Source: Candidatus Bathyarchaeota archaeon
GTDB taxonomy: Archaea > Thermoproteota > Bathyarchaeia > Bathyarchaeales > Bathycorpusculaceae
Assembly: GCA_963739305.1 (NCBI GenBank)
Contig: CAVTZU010000018.1
Span: 1 to 64,000 of the forward strand
Direction: 5' to 3'
DNA: 64,000 nt
Made by a program: the position numbers and the translations under genes
Notes under the pieces: model-generated
What the model was told of the DNA's origin: nothing
Seen by the model: the letters and a program-made list of their open reading frames with translations, nothing else
Databases searched by the model: none
Shown: positions 18,209 through 28,944 of the stretch, one piece after another
Numbering within the stretch: position 1 is the first letter of the stretch
How the letters are laid out: each line of letters opens with the position of its first letter

Positions 18209-19129
18209 GTGTCTTCAGATAATTTCATCGAAGCACGGGGCCTAACAAAAAAATACGATGATTTCGTGGCAGTGGACAACATCGACTTTCAAGTCTACAA
18301 AGGCGAATGCTGCGGGTTCCTGGGACCCAACGGAGCAGGCAAGACGACAACGATCAAAATGATCCACTGCGTCCTTCCCCCTGCTTCTGGAAGGTTAACA
18401 GTCGCTGGCATGAACGTCACTGAAAAAATGAGAGAAATCAAGAAAATGATCGGAGTCGCTCCGCAAGAAGACAATCTTGACCCCGACTTCAGCGTCATCA
18501 CCAACCTTTCAGTCTACGCACGTTACTTTGACATTCCCAAGGAAATGTCCCTCAAACGCGCCGCCGAACTACTCCGGTTTGCTCAGCTTGAAGAAAAAAG
18601 AGACGTTGTGATCAATCAACTCTCGACAGGAATGAAGAGACGACTCATTCTCGCCAGGGCTCTGATCAACGAGCCCCAAATACTGCTCCTAGATGAACCC
18701 ACAACAGGTCTAGATCCTCAAGCAAGACATCTTATCTGGGACAAGATCCGAACCTTGAAAAAGCAGGGAGTAACGATAATCTTGACCACTCACTACATGG
18801 ACGAAGCCGCCGTACTTTGCGATCGACTACTAATCATGGACAACGGAAAAATCATCGAGGAAGGCACCCCCGCTGAACTGGTTAGAAAACACGTCGGCGA
18901 AGAAGTTCTCGAAGTAGACTTCGAAGAAGACACAATGAACGTCCTAAAGCAAAAGTTTCCAAACGCGCGACTGGAAGTCGTCAGCGACAGAATTCACGTT
19001 TTCACCAGCGAACCTCACGGCGCATTTGAGTCCTACGTTAGAGACTTTCCTCGAAAAGGAGCCATCGTCAGAACAGCTAACCTTGAAGATGTCTTCCTAA
19101 AACTGACTGGGAGGAAACTCCGAGAATGA
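18209..19129 (+). CDS. ABC transporter ATP-binding protein (NodI/DrrA-like)
   Basis: GPNGAGKTT, LSTGMKRR, LLLDEPTTGLDP, TTHYMDEA. Confidence 0.93.
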   Translation: MSSDNFIEARGLTKKYDDFVAVDNIDFQVYKGECCGFLGPNGAGKTTTIKMIHCVLPPASGRLTVAGMNVTEKMREIKKMIGVAPQEDNLDPDFSVITNLSVYARYFDIPKEMSLKRAAELLRFAQLEEKRDVVINQLSTGMKRRLILARALINEPQILLLDEPTTGLDPQARHLIWDKIRTLKKQGVTIILTTHYMDEAAVLCDRLLIMDNGKIIEEGTPAELVRKHVGEEVLEVDFEEDTMNVLKQKFPNARLEVVSDRIHVFTSEPHGAFESYVRDFPRKGAIVRTANLEDVFLKLTGRKLRE

Positions 19130-19923
19130 ACGCAAGAGACAGGATCAAATCAAATTTCAGACTGCCCGAATTAACCTACAGAGTTTGGAAGGTATGGCGA
19201 CGAAACTTCGATGTCTTCATGAAAACGTACAAAGTGAATTTCTTTCCCCCTATGCTCGAACCAATTTTCTATCTCCTTGGATTCGGATTAGGATTGGGCG
19301 CTTTTGTTTCCGGAAACATTCCAGGTGGTTCACTGATAAAGTTCATAGCGCCCGGGCTGGTGTCGATGTCAATAATGTACTCGTCTTTCTTCGAATGCAC
19401 TTACGGCTCGTTCGTCAGAATGTACTACCAGAAGACTTTCGACGCCATCATAGCAACACCAATTAGCATGGAAGAAGTCATAGCAGGAGAACTCTTGTGG
19501 GGAGCAACGCGCAGTCTAATCAGCTCAAGCATCGTCCTATGCGTCGTTGCTGCTTTCGGGTTGATATCAAGCCCGTTGATCCTGCTGATTCCGCTTATCG
19601 CATTCTGCGGAGGGCTAATGTTCTCAGGGATTGCCATGTGCTTCACGTCTTTGGCCCCCAACATAGACTTCTTCAACTATCCTGCCTTTCTATTCATCAC
19701 TCCAATGCTTCTGTTAGGAGGAACATTTTTCCCGCTCCCTCAAGCCGCACAGCTTCCCGCAACAATCTTCTTGCCCCTAACAAACATCGTCCTCCTGAAC
19801 AGAGGCTTGATGTTTGGAAACCTCGAGACGTCGCTACTAATCAGCGTCGCTTGGATCATTCCAGTGACACTCGTCTTCTTCGTCCTGAGCATAAACGCAA
19901 TGAAAAAGAAGCTTGTCAAGTAA
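19126..19923 (+). CDS. ABC-2 permease (NodJ-like)
   Basis: FIAPGL, ECTYGSFVRM, TPMLLLGGTFFP. Confidence 0.9.
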   Translation: MNARDRIKSNFRLPELTYRVWKVWRRNFDVFMKTYKVNFFPPMLEPIFYLLGFGLGLGAFVSGNIPGGSLIKFIAPGLVSMSIMYSSFFECTYGSFVRMYYQKTFDAIIATPISMEEVIAGELLWGATRSLISSSIVLCVVAAFGLISSPLILLIPLIAFCGGLMFSGIAMCFTSLAPNIDFFNYPAFLFITPMLLLGGTFFPLPQAAQLPATIFLPLTNIVLLNRGLMFGNLETSLLISVAWIIPVTLVFFVLSINAMKKKLVK

Positions 19924-19943
19924 CCAATCTAGTCGTCCAGTCT

Positions 19944-20795
19944 TCAAGACGAGGAATCTTCGAATGCTGTTAGAAGCTGGTCTATGGCATTTCCAACGTG
20001 TTCCCCATTGTACCCTCCTTCCAAAACAAAAAAAGTCGGCTTCCCCAACTCTCCAATTCTTCTGCCAATCTCCCTGTACGCTTTCTTCGTCAAATCCAAT
20101 GAAGCTAGATCTCCGGAATAAGTGTCGAAACCTGCTGAAACAGCCAGAACCTCAAACTTGTCCATAGACACATTTTTCAAGGCCTTATCTAGAGTCCTGA
20201 GGTACATGATATCTCCACAGTCTGGTGGGAGTGGAAAGTTGAGACAGTTCTTGTCTGAGGAAACACCTGTTCCAGGAAAGTTTGGGTGTCGGTGCAACGA
20301 AAGATACGTGACTTTGAGATCTCCGTAAAAGATCTCCTGCGTTCCGTTTCCATGGTGTCCATCTATATCCAATATCAACGTCGGTTTGTCGAGGTGTTTG
20401 ACGGCTATGGCAATGTTATTTAAGTAGCAGAAACCTCGCGTTGCCGCGCCAAGAGCGGCACCGGCCGTTCCAGCGTGATGTCCGGGTGGACGCATTATAC
20501 TGAAACCCTGAGTCTCGGCTGCCATAATCGCGCTGCCTGCCGATAGCTTGGCATACTCGAAAATGTTGTCATATGCCGGAGTATCAGCATCTTCCACAAG
20601 TCCTTTCTTGACCATCCAAACGTAATCATGATCATGAACTCTGACGAGATCCTCCTCTGAAGCAGGTTGAGGTGTTAAGAAATCGTATCCTTTCTCCTTC
20701 AAAATCGCATGAGCCTTCCGAACTCTTTCAGGGCCCTCTACATGCCAAGAACCGTAGCCTAAGCATTTTTCCGAGAAGATTATTCGTTTTTTCAT
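19944..20795 (-). CDS. histone deacetylase family protein
   Basis: RPPGHHA, GFCYLNN, DIDGHHGNGT, SAGFD, LEGGY. Confidence 0.93.
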   Translation of the reverse strand: MKKRIIFSEKCLGYGSWHVEGPERVRKAHAILKEKGYDFLTPQPASEEDLVRVHDHDYVWMVKKGLVEDADTPAYDNIFEYAKLSAGSAIMAAETQGFSIMRPPGHHAGTAGAALGAATRGFCYLNNIAIAVKHLDKPTLILDIDGHHGNGTQEIFYGDLKVTYLSLHRHPNFPGTGVSSDKNCLNFPLPPDCGDIMYLRTLDKALKNVSMDKFEVLAVSAGFDTYSGDLASLDLTKKAYREIGRRIGELGKPTFFVLEGGYNGEHVGNAIDQLLTAFEDSSS

Positions 20796-20890
20796 AGATA
20801 CGTACATCCACACGGGGATTTGCCGCTGATTCTCAAGTTAAAATATTACTTCCTCTTTAAAGCTTAGAGGTTCGTGGAGAAGCGACCACA

Positions 20891-22843
20891 GTGAAAGCCG
20901 TCGAAAACCCCTTCGCCAGTTTCAGATTAGAGTGCGAAACAACACTGGCCTCCGCCTTGAAAAAGGTCCTGCCTGAAATACAAATCTCAGAAATGGCTCT
21001 TGAGAAACCGCCGAACCCTGATTTTGGTCAACTTGCCTCTTCATTGTGTTTTGAAGTCGCCAAGAAGATCGGTCAAAAACCAGTCGATCTGGCGATGCAA
21101 CTAGTCAAGAGCGTGGACAAAACAAGATATTCCTTAATCGAGAAGGTTTCGTCAGCTGGTGGAGGATACATAAACTTCCACGTTGACTTCGCAAAATTCT
21201 CTGCTCTAGTTCTGAACTCAGTCGTGAAGCTTGACGCAGAATATGGTTTCATCAAAACGGGGAATCCCCTAAAGTTGATCGTTGAACACACAAGCGCCAA
21301 CCCGCTTCATCCGCTGACGATCGCCACGGCTCGAAACCCCGTTCTCGGCGATACTCTAGCTCGACTGCTCCAATCTAGAGGGCACACAATCTATCGCCAC
21401 TTCTACATCGACGATGTGGGTCGTCAATCCTCAGTACTTGCTTACGGATACCAGAAACTGGGCTGTCCTGAGCCTGAAGGAAAGCCAGACCATTACATGG
21501 GAAGAATTTACACCGTCACAAGCTGTTTCGTTGAAATCAACCGTCTCAAACGGGAACTTGAACGTGCGAAGATCGTTTCCGCTGAGGAAGAGATTACGAA
21601 AACAACGCGGGAGCTGGACGAGTGGGTGGCCATCGCAGCTGAACTCAAAGACAAGTACCCCGATCTTTTTGAAAAGCTGCTGACGAAAATCAACGAGGAC
21701 GAAAATCCGGAGACTTCAATAAAGATACTGAACCAGGCCTATGAGGCAGGGGACAAGAAAGCCAAACAGCTCGTAAGAACTGTCAGCGAGCTGTGCCTTG
21801 AAGGTTTCAAGGAGACTCTCACTAAACTCGGCATTGCGATAGACTCGTGGGACTGGGAAAGCGAATTAATGTGGAGCAAACGAGTGGAGGACGTTCTTCA
21901 GAAACTCAAGAAATCTCGATTCACTCACGCTGAAGGCGGCGTCCTCGAGTTTGATGCTGAGAAGGCGGTAAGCGAACTTGATCTTCGACAGAAACTCAGA
22001 ATTAGAGAGGGCCACGAGACTCCGTCTCTCACGCTCGTTCGGGCAGACGGCACAACGCTCTATACCACACGCGACGTTGCATACTCGCTGTTCAAGTTCG
22101 AGAAAGCCGAAAAAGTAATCAACGTAATTGGCATGGACCAGAGCCTGGCTCAGTTACAGTTGAAGATAGCTTTGCACGCACTTGGATACAGCAAGTACGC
22201 AGACAACCTGATTCACTTCGCCTACAACCTCGTGAACTTTCCGGGTTTCAAGATGTCCAGTCGACGCGGACGGTACATCACTCTCGATGAAGTCTTGGAC
22301 GAAGCTGTTAAACGGGCTTACGAAGAGGTTTCGAAGCGATCTCCACAGCTGTCTGAAGAAGAGAAAAAGAAGATTTCCGAGTTCGTTAGCATAGGCGCAG
22401 TCCGGTACGCCTTGGTGGAAGTTGACACTTCGAAAACCGTAGTGTTCACGTGGGACCGTGTTCTCAATTTTGAAACAAACAGCTCACCATACATCCAGTA
22501 CACGCACGCAAGAGCCTGCAGCATCCTGCGGAAGGCAAAAAGAAAACCCGAAAACCCAGCTTACCAACTGCTAAAAGAACAAGTGGAACACGAAATGATC
22601 TTGACATTAGCCAGTTTCCCAGACACTTTCATAGATGCAGCGGAGTACCTTAAACCCAACCTAATCGCTGACTTTGCAAATGGGCTTGCCGACAAATTCA
22701 ACGGTTTCTACAACGCTTTCCAGGTTTTGGGTGTTCAACCGGATGGACTCAGCGACGCCAGGCTCACTTTGACCGAATCAGTCAAGACAGTCCTTCGAAA
22801 CGCTCTGACCCTCATAGGCGTCTTCGCTCCAGAAAGAATGTGA
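20891..22843 (+). CDS. argS: arginine--tRNA ligase
   Basis: EHTSANP-HPLTIAT (HIGH-like), KMSSRRG, YIQYTHAR, C-terminal PERM. Confidence 0.96.
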   Translation: MKAVENPFASFRLECETTLASALKKVLPEIQISEMALEKPPNPDFGQLASSLCFEVAKKIGQKPVDLAMQLVKSVDKTRYSLIEKVSSAGGGYINFHVDFAKFSALVLNSVVKLDAEYGFIKTGNPLKLIVEHTSANPLHPLTIATARNPVLGDTLARLLQSRGHTIYRHFYIDDVGRQSSVLAYGYQKLGCPEPEGKPDHYMGRIYTVTSCFVEINRLKRELERAKIVSAEEEITKTTRELDEWVAIAAELKDKYPDLFEKLLTKINEDENPETSIKILNQAYEAGDKKAKQLVRTVSELCLEGFKETLTKLGIAIDSWDWESELMWSKRVEDVLQKLKKSRFTHAEGGVLEFDAEKAVSELDLRQKLRIREGHETPSLTLVRADGTTLYTTRDVAYSLFKFEKAEKVINVIGMDQSLAQLQLKIALHALGYSKYADNLIHFAYNLVNFPGFKMSSRRGRYITLDEVLDEAVKRAYEEVSKRSPQLSEEEKKKISEFVSIGAVRYALVEVDTSKTVVFTWDRVLNFETNSSPYIQYTHARACSILRKAKRKPENPAYQLLKEQVEHEMILTLASFPDTFIDAAEYLKPNLIADFANGLADKFNGFYNAFQVLGVQPDGLSDARLTLTESVKTVLRNALTLIGVFAPERM

Positions 22844-22904
22844 AGGACAAGGTCGCGTGCAACTGTGGAATGCCATGCGTGCTTTCTGTTGCTTCAAAGT
22901 CTAC

Positions 22905-23960
22905 TCAACCATTAATCTTTGAGAGATAAGTCCTGATTCTCTGGGCGAATTTCTCGGGCTCTTCCACTGTCTCGCCATCCCAGAGCAAATACGGCAATGC
23001 CCACGCATCTGTAAAACTCTCTGGCCGTACGCCTGGCCTGCTTATCATCCTCAAATTTACGTCAAAGTAGTCCAGATGCTCATCGATGGGTCCTGACGTT
23101 ATTATGATGTTGAAGCTCGAGTAGCCTTCGTTTCGGTAGAATTGCAGAATGCGTGAAATCCCTTCAGCGACTCCTGACCAATCATCATCGTCGAGTTCCA
23201 GCAAATGCGATCTGCCTCGAACTATTGCTTCAGCCTCGTTCATGCCCCGAAGAGATGCGAAGGGAACCAACCATTCGACACGGTTCTTCTTGAAAAGATA
23301 TCTTTCCTTTCTTCGTTCTTTTCTCAACAGATCTGACCAATAAGAGGAGTTGGTTCTTCTGAAGTATGTCTTGCTCTTCTCGAGCATTAGCTTCACCAAG
23401 TAGAATGGCCTGTCTCGCGCCAAAACCTGCATGTGAGGATGTACGATAGAGGAACCAGCAGGCGGAAGATAGTTGAAAACAAAGACTGGAAAACGTATTC
23501 CAGGTTCAGTCTCCTTCAGTCTCTCTAAGTAGGCGATTCCTCCCTTGAACCCATTTAAGAGCAGTTCAGGTGTAAATTCGTCCAGTTCGAGGTGATGTTC
23601 TTTCGACAGAATAGTGAGAATGCTTCTTTCAGCGTGGCCTAATAGGTTAGGTATCACAACCGCGTCGCCAACAACGATTCTTCCTTCCTTGAGAAAACTC
23701 CTTGGGAACATTGGCGTCTTCGTCTTAACATTTTGGGCGCAAAAAGGACAGTTTTCCCTCGTTTTTTCAACCAAGGAATCGAGGAGTCCTTGATCTGAAA
23801 CAAGAAACTTGTTTACGTAGCCAAGCATTCCCTTTATTATCGTCGAATTGCGTCCCGTCAACGGATCAGTTCTGTACTCGAAAGTGACCGTATCTTCCGT
23901 GAAGTTCTTCATCGGGTTGAGAATTATCGAGGTCTTCTGGGTTTTCTCAAACGTGATCAT
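22905..23960 (-). CDS. galactose-1-phosphate uridylyltransferase-like HIT protein
   Basis: EYRTDPLTG, CPFC, AGSSIVHPHMQ. Confidence 0.85.
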   Translation of the reverse strand: MITFEKTQKTSIILNPMKNFTEDTVTFEYRTDPLTGRNSTIIKGMLGYVNKFLVSDQGLLDSLVEKTRENCPFCAQNVKTKTPMFPRSFLKEGRIVVGDAVVIPNLLGHAERSILTILSKEHHLELDEFTPELLLNGFKGGIAYLERLKETEPGIRFPVFVFNYLPPAGSSIVHPHMQVLARDRPFYLVKLMLEKSKTYFRRTNSSYWSDLLRKERRKERYLFKKNRVEWLVPFASLRGMNEAEAIVRGRSHLLELDDDDWSGVAEGISRILQFYRNEGYSSFNIIITSGPIDEHLDYFDVNLRMISRPGVRPESFTDAWALPYLLWDGETVEEPEKFAQRIRTYLSKING

Positions 23961-24133
23961 TCATACACGCCTTTGATCAATTCATTTGCCAACGCTTCTT
24001 TTTAAACACTCGAAGACTCTAAAGGCAAGCATCGGGCAACGTCGAAGGCAGGAGTGCATCTGAGGCGATTTTGACTTTTTCTCGAAAGAAAATTTCATAT
24101 ACAACCCACCAACTCTCAACAGAGGGCGCCTAC

Positions 24134-25195
24134 ATGAAAAAACCATACTTTACTAGAAAAGTCCAAGCCATAGAAGTGGGCAAGAAAAGTGTGTCTGAAC
24201 TTCTTTCCGAGATGGGCAAAACAGCCTATCAAGGCCGAAAGCTCGGCGAGGCGGTGGACGTTTGGGAAGCGATGCTGAAGGAACCGGGACTCACTATCGT
24301 GATGGGTTTTGCAGGTTCAATGAGCACTGCGGGTCAATGGAAGATAATCAACTGGCTCATAGAAAATCGTTACATCGACGTTCTGGTTTCGACGGGTGCT
24401 AACGTTTCTGAAGACATCGTGGAAGCGATGGGTTTCAGCTACTGGCAGGGCGCACATCTAGTCAATGACCAGGAGTTATTAGAAGCTGACGTCAACAGGT
24501 ATTATGATGTCTTTGGTAAGGAAACTGACTACCGCGAAATGGAGCTTCTGATGACGGAAGGTCTGATGAAACTCAAGAAAAACTACGCGTATACGTCTGC
24601 GGAGCTTCTACATGAATTCGGAAAATTCCTGAGCAAGAAGGGCGTGAAAAGCATAGCTGGAACGGCAGCAGAGAATAACGTTCCCGTCTTCTCTCCTGCG
24701 TTGGCTGACAGCGCTTACGGCGAAGCATTTCTCATGGCTAAAAACCAAGGGCACCCACTTGTAATCGATTCAGTGAAAGAGTTTGACCAATTCGTCGGAA
24801 TTGGTGAAAGAACGAAGGATGTCGGCGTAGTTTACATAGGTGGTGGCGTGCCGAAAGACTTCACCCAACTCATGGCAATTTCGGTGTCCCCGAAGACAAA
24901 GGACCAAGGAGTAAAAGGTAGGAAAGGTCATCTTCGAAAAGGATTACAGGAGTATTACTACCCACACAGGTACGCAATTCAGATTACAACTGATTCTCCA
25001 CAATGGGGCGGTCTTTCAGGCTGCACGTTAGAAGAGGCAATAAGTTGGGGCAAAATCGATGAGGGCGGAAAAAGAAGCGTGGTCTACTGCGATGCAACGA
25101 TAGCTTTGCCATTGATTGCCCACGCGCTTTGTGAGAGAGTGAAAGTGAAGAGAAAGGCGCCGGACATGTCCTGGGTCTTCAGCGGCGTTTCTTGA
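24134..25195 (+). CDS. deoxyhypusine synthase-like protein (paralog 1)
   Basis: STGAN, GGGVPK, GGLSGCTLEEAISWGK, CDATIALP. Confidence 0.9.
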   Translation: MKKPYFTRKVQAIEVGKKSVSELLSEMGKTAYQGRKLGEAVDVWEAMLKEPGLTIVMGFAGSMSTAGQWKIINWLIENRYIDVLVSTGANVSEDIVEAMGFSYWQGAHLVNDQELLEADVNRYYDVFGKETDYREMELLMTEGLMKLKKNYAYTSAELLHEFGKFLSKKGVKSIAGTAAENNVPVFSPALADSAYGEAFLMAKNQGHPLVIDSVKEFDQFVGIGERTKDVGVVYIGGGVPKDFTQLMAISVSPKTKDQGVKGRKGHLRKGLQEYYYPHRYAIQITTDSPQWGGLSGCTLEEAISWGKIDEGGKRSVVYCDATIALPLIAHALCERVKVKRKAPDMSWVFSGVS

Positions 25196-26132
25196 CTTTT
25201 CCCAGCCTTGTCATGAGAGCGCTTACCATCAACGGTACAATGATAGAAGCATCCCCCTCAATCATCATTTTCCTTGCTTTCTCACTTATTTTGCCCCATG
25301 AAACCGCTTCCCGAGGTCGCGCCCCGGACAGGCTACCATCCCACTCGTCGGCCGTGCTCACATAGACTGCATAGTCAAGACCGTCTTTGAACTGGTTCCA
25401 CCATAAAGTGTGATGTTTTGATATTCCGCCGCCGATGATTAGTGCACCCGTTTTTTTGGCGTTGAAGACTAACTCGTTTAGTTCGCCGGAGTCTTTCAAA
25501 AGATTGATTCTGAAGTCATGATCCTGCGAAAAGAACCAAGCTTGGTAGCCTACGGCTCCGTCAGTGATGCCAGGTACGTATACGGGTATGTTGTTCTTTG
25601 CAGCCCAGTAGAGGATGGAACTTTCGTTGCATATGCGTTTTCCAATCTCGTGGCAGAGCTGCCTTGAGGACACCTCTTTTGTTCCTTCTTTCCAAAGACT
25701 CTGGAGGAGAGTCTGCATCTTATCTTCAAGCAGTATGCCGTAGCTTTCGTTCGGGACCAGAATGTTACCCAATCTGTTGATTTCTCTGTCGTGAAGTTTG
25801 CTGTCGCTCATCAGGAAAGAGCCTTTGTAATACTCCTTCCAGCATCTTGCAACGTCATGATCAATGGTGCCACAGGTCGTGACAACAACGTCAACGAGCT
25901 TTTTCTTCACGAGTTCTTTTAGTGCTCCTCTCGTTCCCGATGCTACCAAGTTGCCGGTGAAGGAAATGAATTTGACGCATGTTTTGTCCTTCACCATCTT
26001 CTCTAAGATGTTAAGCCCTACTGCCAGCTTTCCAGCGGTGAACCCCCACGCTTTCTCCATCTGTGAAACGAGTTCGTTGACGGACATTTCTTCAGAGAAG
26101 ACGTAGTCTTCAACCGGTTCTTTCTGCTTCAA
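25179..26132 (-). CDS. dys: deoxyhypusine synthase
   Basis: FTGNLVASG, TDGAVG, GGGISKHH, DGSLSGARPREAVSWGK. Confidence 0.92.
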   Translation of the reverse strand: MKQKEPVEDYVFSEEMSVNELVSQMEKAWGFTAGKLAVGLNILEKMVKDKTCVKFISFTGNLVASGTRGALKELVKKKLVDVVVTTCGTIDHDVARCWKEYYKGSFLMSDSKLHDREINRLGNILVPNESYGILLEDKMQTLLQSLWKEGTKEVSSRQLCHEIGKRICNESSILYWAAKNNIPVYVPGITDGAVGYQAWFFSQDHDFRINLLKDSGELNELVFNAKKTGALIIGGGISKHHTLWWNQFKDGLDYAVYVSTADEWDGSLSGARPREAVSWGKISEKARKMMIEGDASIIVPLMVSALMTRLGKVKKRR

Positions 26133-27064
26133 TGTTTTCCACCGAGTGCTTCTAGATACGTTTTGTAGATTGCTCCTGCCGCTTCTTTGATTGCTTGTTG
26201 TTCCGAGCTTGTAAGCAAGTCCCATATGTCTGGTCCGAGAGACTTGGTTAATCGAGAGGGTACGGTGACGTAGACGGGTTCAGGCGCTGTGTCGAACTTC
26301 ATCAATCTTGAGTAGCTGGTGACTTTTCCCGTGTTGAGTAATATGCCACGGATTATTTCAATAAAAGATCCAGCGGGTCCGTATCTTGTTCCGCCTAAGA
26401 AAGTTATGATTTGCCGGCTCACTTCTTTGACGTAGTTATCGCACAATCCTTTGTCCAGTTTCTTCCCTGTCTTCTTCAAATACTCGTCTAACGGAGATCC
26501 TTCAATTCTTACTGTGCTCCAGAGAAGAGCCGCGGCTTCTCCGTGTTCGCCGCCAACATATGCTTCAATCATGCCAATAGGAATCTTCAGTTCGCGGCTT
26601 ATTATAGTTCTGAACCTTGAGGTCTCAAGGTTTGTGCCAGTTCCTATAATGTGTCTTTTTCCCTCAGCCGCCTTGTTAGCAAGAGTCGTCATCGCATCAA
26701 CAGGGTTGGTTATGACGAAGTACCACGCATTAGGATTGTTTTCAACGCTGTTTTTCACTACTTCTTGAACGGCCGACGCGTTCTTTGCAGCGAGGTCTCT
26801 TCTGCTCATATCGGGTGTACGCGGAAAGCCCGCCGTGACGATTATTAGGTCGGCGTCTTTGACCATTCTACTGTTGTCGAAAGCGTCTATTTCCAAGTCA
26901 AAGCCGTGGCTTGCGATGGCGTGATGCAACTCTTCCTTTGTCATTTCTGCGAGTTTTGGTGCCGTGTCGACGAGTGACAGTCTGCTCACGTATCTTTCGA
27001 AAATCAGGCTGTACGCTACCTGTCCACCTACGCGTCCTGTGCCCATAACAGCTACATGAGTCAT
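26129..27064 (-). CDS. malate/lactate dehydrogenase family protein
   Basis: GTGRVG, TAGFPRTPDMSRRDL, TNPVD, GEHG. Confidence 0.9.
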   Translation of the reverse strand: MTHVAVMGTGRVGGQVAYSLIFERYVSRLSLVDTAPKLAEMTKEELHHAIASHGFDLEIDAFDNSRMVKDADLIIVTAGFPRTPDMSRRDLAAKNASAVQEVVKNSVENNPNAWYFVITNPVDAMTTLANKAAEGKRHIIGTGTNLETSRFRTIISRELKIPIGMIEAYVGGEHGEAAALLWSTVRIEGSPLDEYLKKTGKKLDKGLCDNYVKEVSRQIITFLGGTRYGPAGSFIEIIRGILLNTGKVTSYSRLMKFDTAPEPVYVTVPSRLTKSLGPDIWDLLTSSEQQAIKEAAGAIYKTYLEALGGKH

Positions 27065-27146
27065 AATACCACTTGCTTAAACAAAGTGGTCAGGGGTTTC
27101 TATAAAACAATTGTGCCATTACAGAATGTCAAATAGAATTGAGCGT

Positions 27147-28025
27147 TCAGTCGACGAGGTAGTCTATTACTTTTCCGTACAAGTCCTTGTTTCGGTAGTC
27201 TTCGTAGCCTGCGTAGATGCTAGGGTTGTCGTTGACTTCAACGACCACGTATTTGCCGTCGAATTCCTTGATGTCTACGCCATACAGTCCGTTTCCAATC
27301 ACATTGCACGCTTTCAGAGCCGTTTCCTTGAGTGCAAAGGGCGCATTCTCTCTTCTCATCGAGAAGGTTCTGCCCCAAACAAACGTTGGTTTTCCCCTGC
27401 GTTTGCAACCGTGTTTCCATCTGCCCTTTGGCATCATGTACTTGCAGACGTACAATACTTGGCGGTTCAACACGCCGACTCTCCAGTCAAAAGCAGTGGG
27501 CATGAAAGTTTGAACTGCGAGGAGATCTGATTTTCTGAAGTATCTCTTTGCAACGTCTCGGAAGCTTGTTTCGCATGCTACTTTTTCGACGTATCTTGAG
27601 AAACTCGTGTACGGCGCTTTAACCACGATGGGTTTTCCAAGGTTTTCGAAGATTTCCAAGAGTCTTTTGTGGTGCATTTCGTCTTTATTCAGAAATAGGG
27701 TTGGAATGTGGGGCACGTCATGTTTTTTGAAGAGTTCATATAAATGGATCTTGTTCCCACAGATTTGGATCGACTCGGGGTCGTCGACAACTTTGAGTCC
27801 TAGCTCCCACGCCGTTTTTGAAACCACGTAGGCCGTGAAAAGGGGATCTGTCGTTGCCCTTATGAAGACCGCGTCGTACTTCGGGATTTCTGGAATCGCT
27901 TCTCTGAACATGAAGTCAAACGTGTGACCCTTCGCGGCAGCTGCGTGCCTAAAATTCTCCAGCGCCCCTGACTCTTTCCGATCCTGAAAATTATACTTCT
28001 CTACAAAACAGGCAATCCTAGCCAA
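27147..28025 (-). CDS. RimK-family ATP-grasp ligase
   Basis: VVDDPESI, FDWRVGVL, GLYGVDIKE, EVNDNPS. Confidence 0.9.
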   Translation of the reverse strand: MARIACFVEKYNFQDRKESGALENFRHAAAAKGHTFDFMFREAIPEIPKYDAVFIRATTDPLFTAYVVSKTAWELGLKVVDDPESIQICGNKIHLYELFKKHDVPHIPTLFLNKDEMHHKRLLEIFENLGKPIVVKAPYTSFSRYVEKVACETSFRDVAKRYFRKSDLLAVQTFMPTAFDWRVGVLNRQVLYVCKYMMPKGRWKHGCKRRGKPTFVWGRTFSMRRENAPFALKETALKACNVIGNGLYGVDIKEFDGKYVVVEVNDNPSIYAGYEDYRNKDLYGKVIDYLVD

Positions 28026-28710
28026 CTAGGTGTTCACCTTTTTTCGACAACAGAACAATCTCTGTCGAAACCGTTTCCAAATCAGAGGGAAAAACCTCTT
28101 CACTTCGAAGAGGCTGAAGCCCGCACAGGTAGGCTCTTCCTTCTATGATTTGAACGTGCAGTTTACACATCGGGATCCTGAAAGTCTCATAAACTCGCTC
28201 CGAAATCCGCGCAACTTCTCCAGTGTACTCGCATTTTCCGAAAATCGACTTGAAGGATCGCATCTCGCCTTTCATTGGAAGCACGCAAACAGCAAACTTG
28301 TAATTCATGCTCAGGCTCTTCACAGCTCTGTACAACGCGCTCCTGTTTCCCGCAATCTTGTAGCCTTCGTATGAGAACGGGTTAACCGCGAAAACTACAA
28401 CAGGAAACGCGAATTGGGTCATGATCTGCTTCACCGAACTTGTCATTAAATATGGCAGCGTAGAGATACCCGCTTTTGAAGCTTTAAGCAGCAGAATCGG
28501 CGTTCTGCTGGCGTCAATTATGCTTTCAGTCGAGGGAATAACCGGATTGCCCAAAACCTCCGCGTGCATTGACACATAGTAACCAGTTTTCAAGTAGCGG
28601 TAGTCCGTGTTGAGGTTGAGGGTAAAATCTTTAATCGAAGACTTAAGGAACGCTGACGGCTTCATCTTTGGCAGATCTGTCGTTAGGTCGATGTTAGAGA
28701 CGACCAACAC
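28018..28710 (-). CDS. RimK-like ATP-grasp N-terminal (RLAN) domain protein
   Basis: NLNTDYRYLKTGYYVSMHAE...PS; overlaps the RimK gene. Confidence 0.8.
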   Translation of the reverse strand: MLVVSNIDLTTDLPKMKPSAFLKSSIKDFTLNLNTDYRYLKTGYYVSMHAEVLGNPVIPSTESIIDASRTPILLLKASKAGISTLPYLMTSSVKQIMTQFAFPVVVFAVNPFSYEGYKIAGNRSALYRAVKSLSMNYKFAVCVLPMKGEMRSFKSIFGKCEYTGEVARISERVYETFRIPMCKLHVQIIEGRAYLCGLQPLRSEEVFPSDLETVSTEIVLLSKKGEHLVG

Positions 28711-28944
28711 CCATGTGACACCAGATAATCGAAAGGTTCGGTATTACTCCTTTCATATTTAAAACTAACTGTACAGTTTCGAGTGAATTTCGATTTCTAA
28801 CACAGAGTGCGCCCGCGCCGCGCGCGAGCGGGTCAAGGTGAGGAGTAAGAAAACAGAACTCAGAGAAGTCATCATCGACGTCTACTTGCAATTCTCAGAA
28901 AGTCTTATTCACAATTGCCTCTACTTCTGAAATCGGAGAGACAG

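Noticed and set aside
28860-28880. Possible box C/D sRNA (ATGATGA...CTGA on the minus strand)
   Set aside because: The boxes are only 5 nt apart with no guide regions or C'/D' pair.
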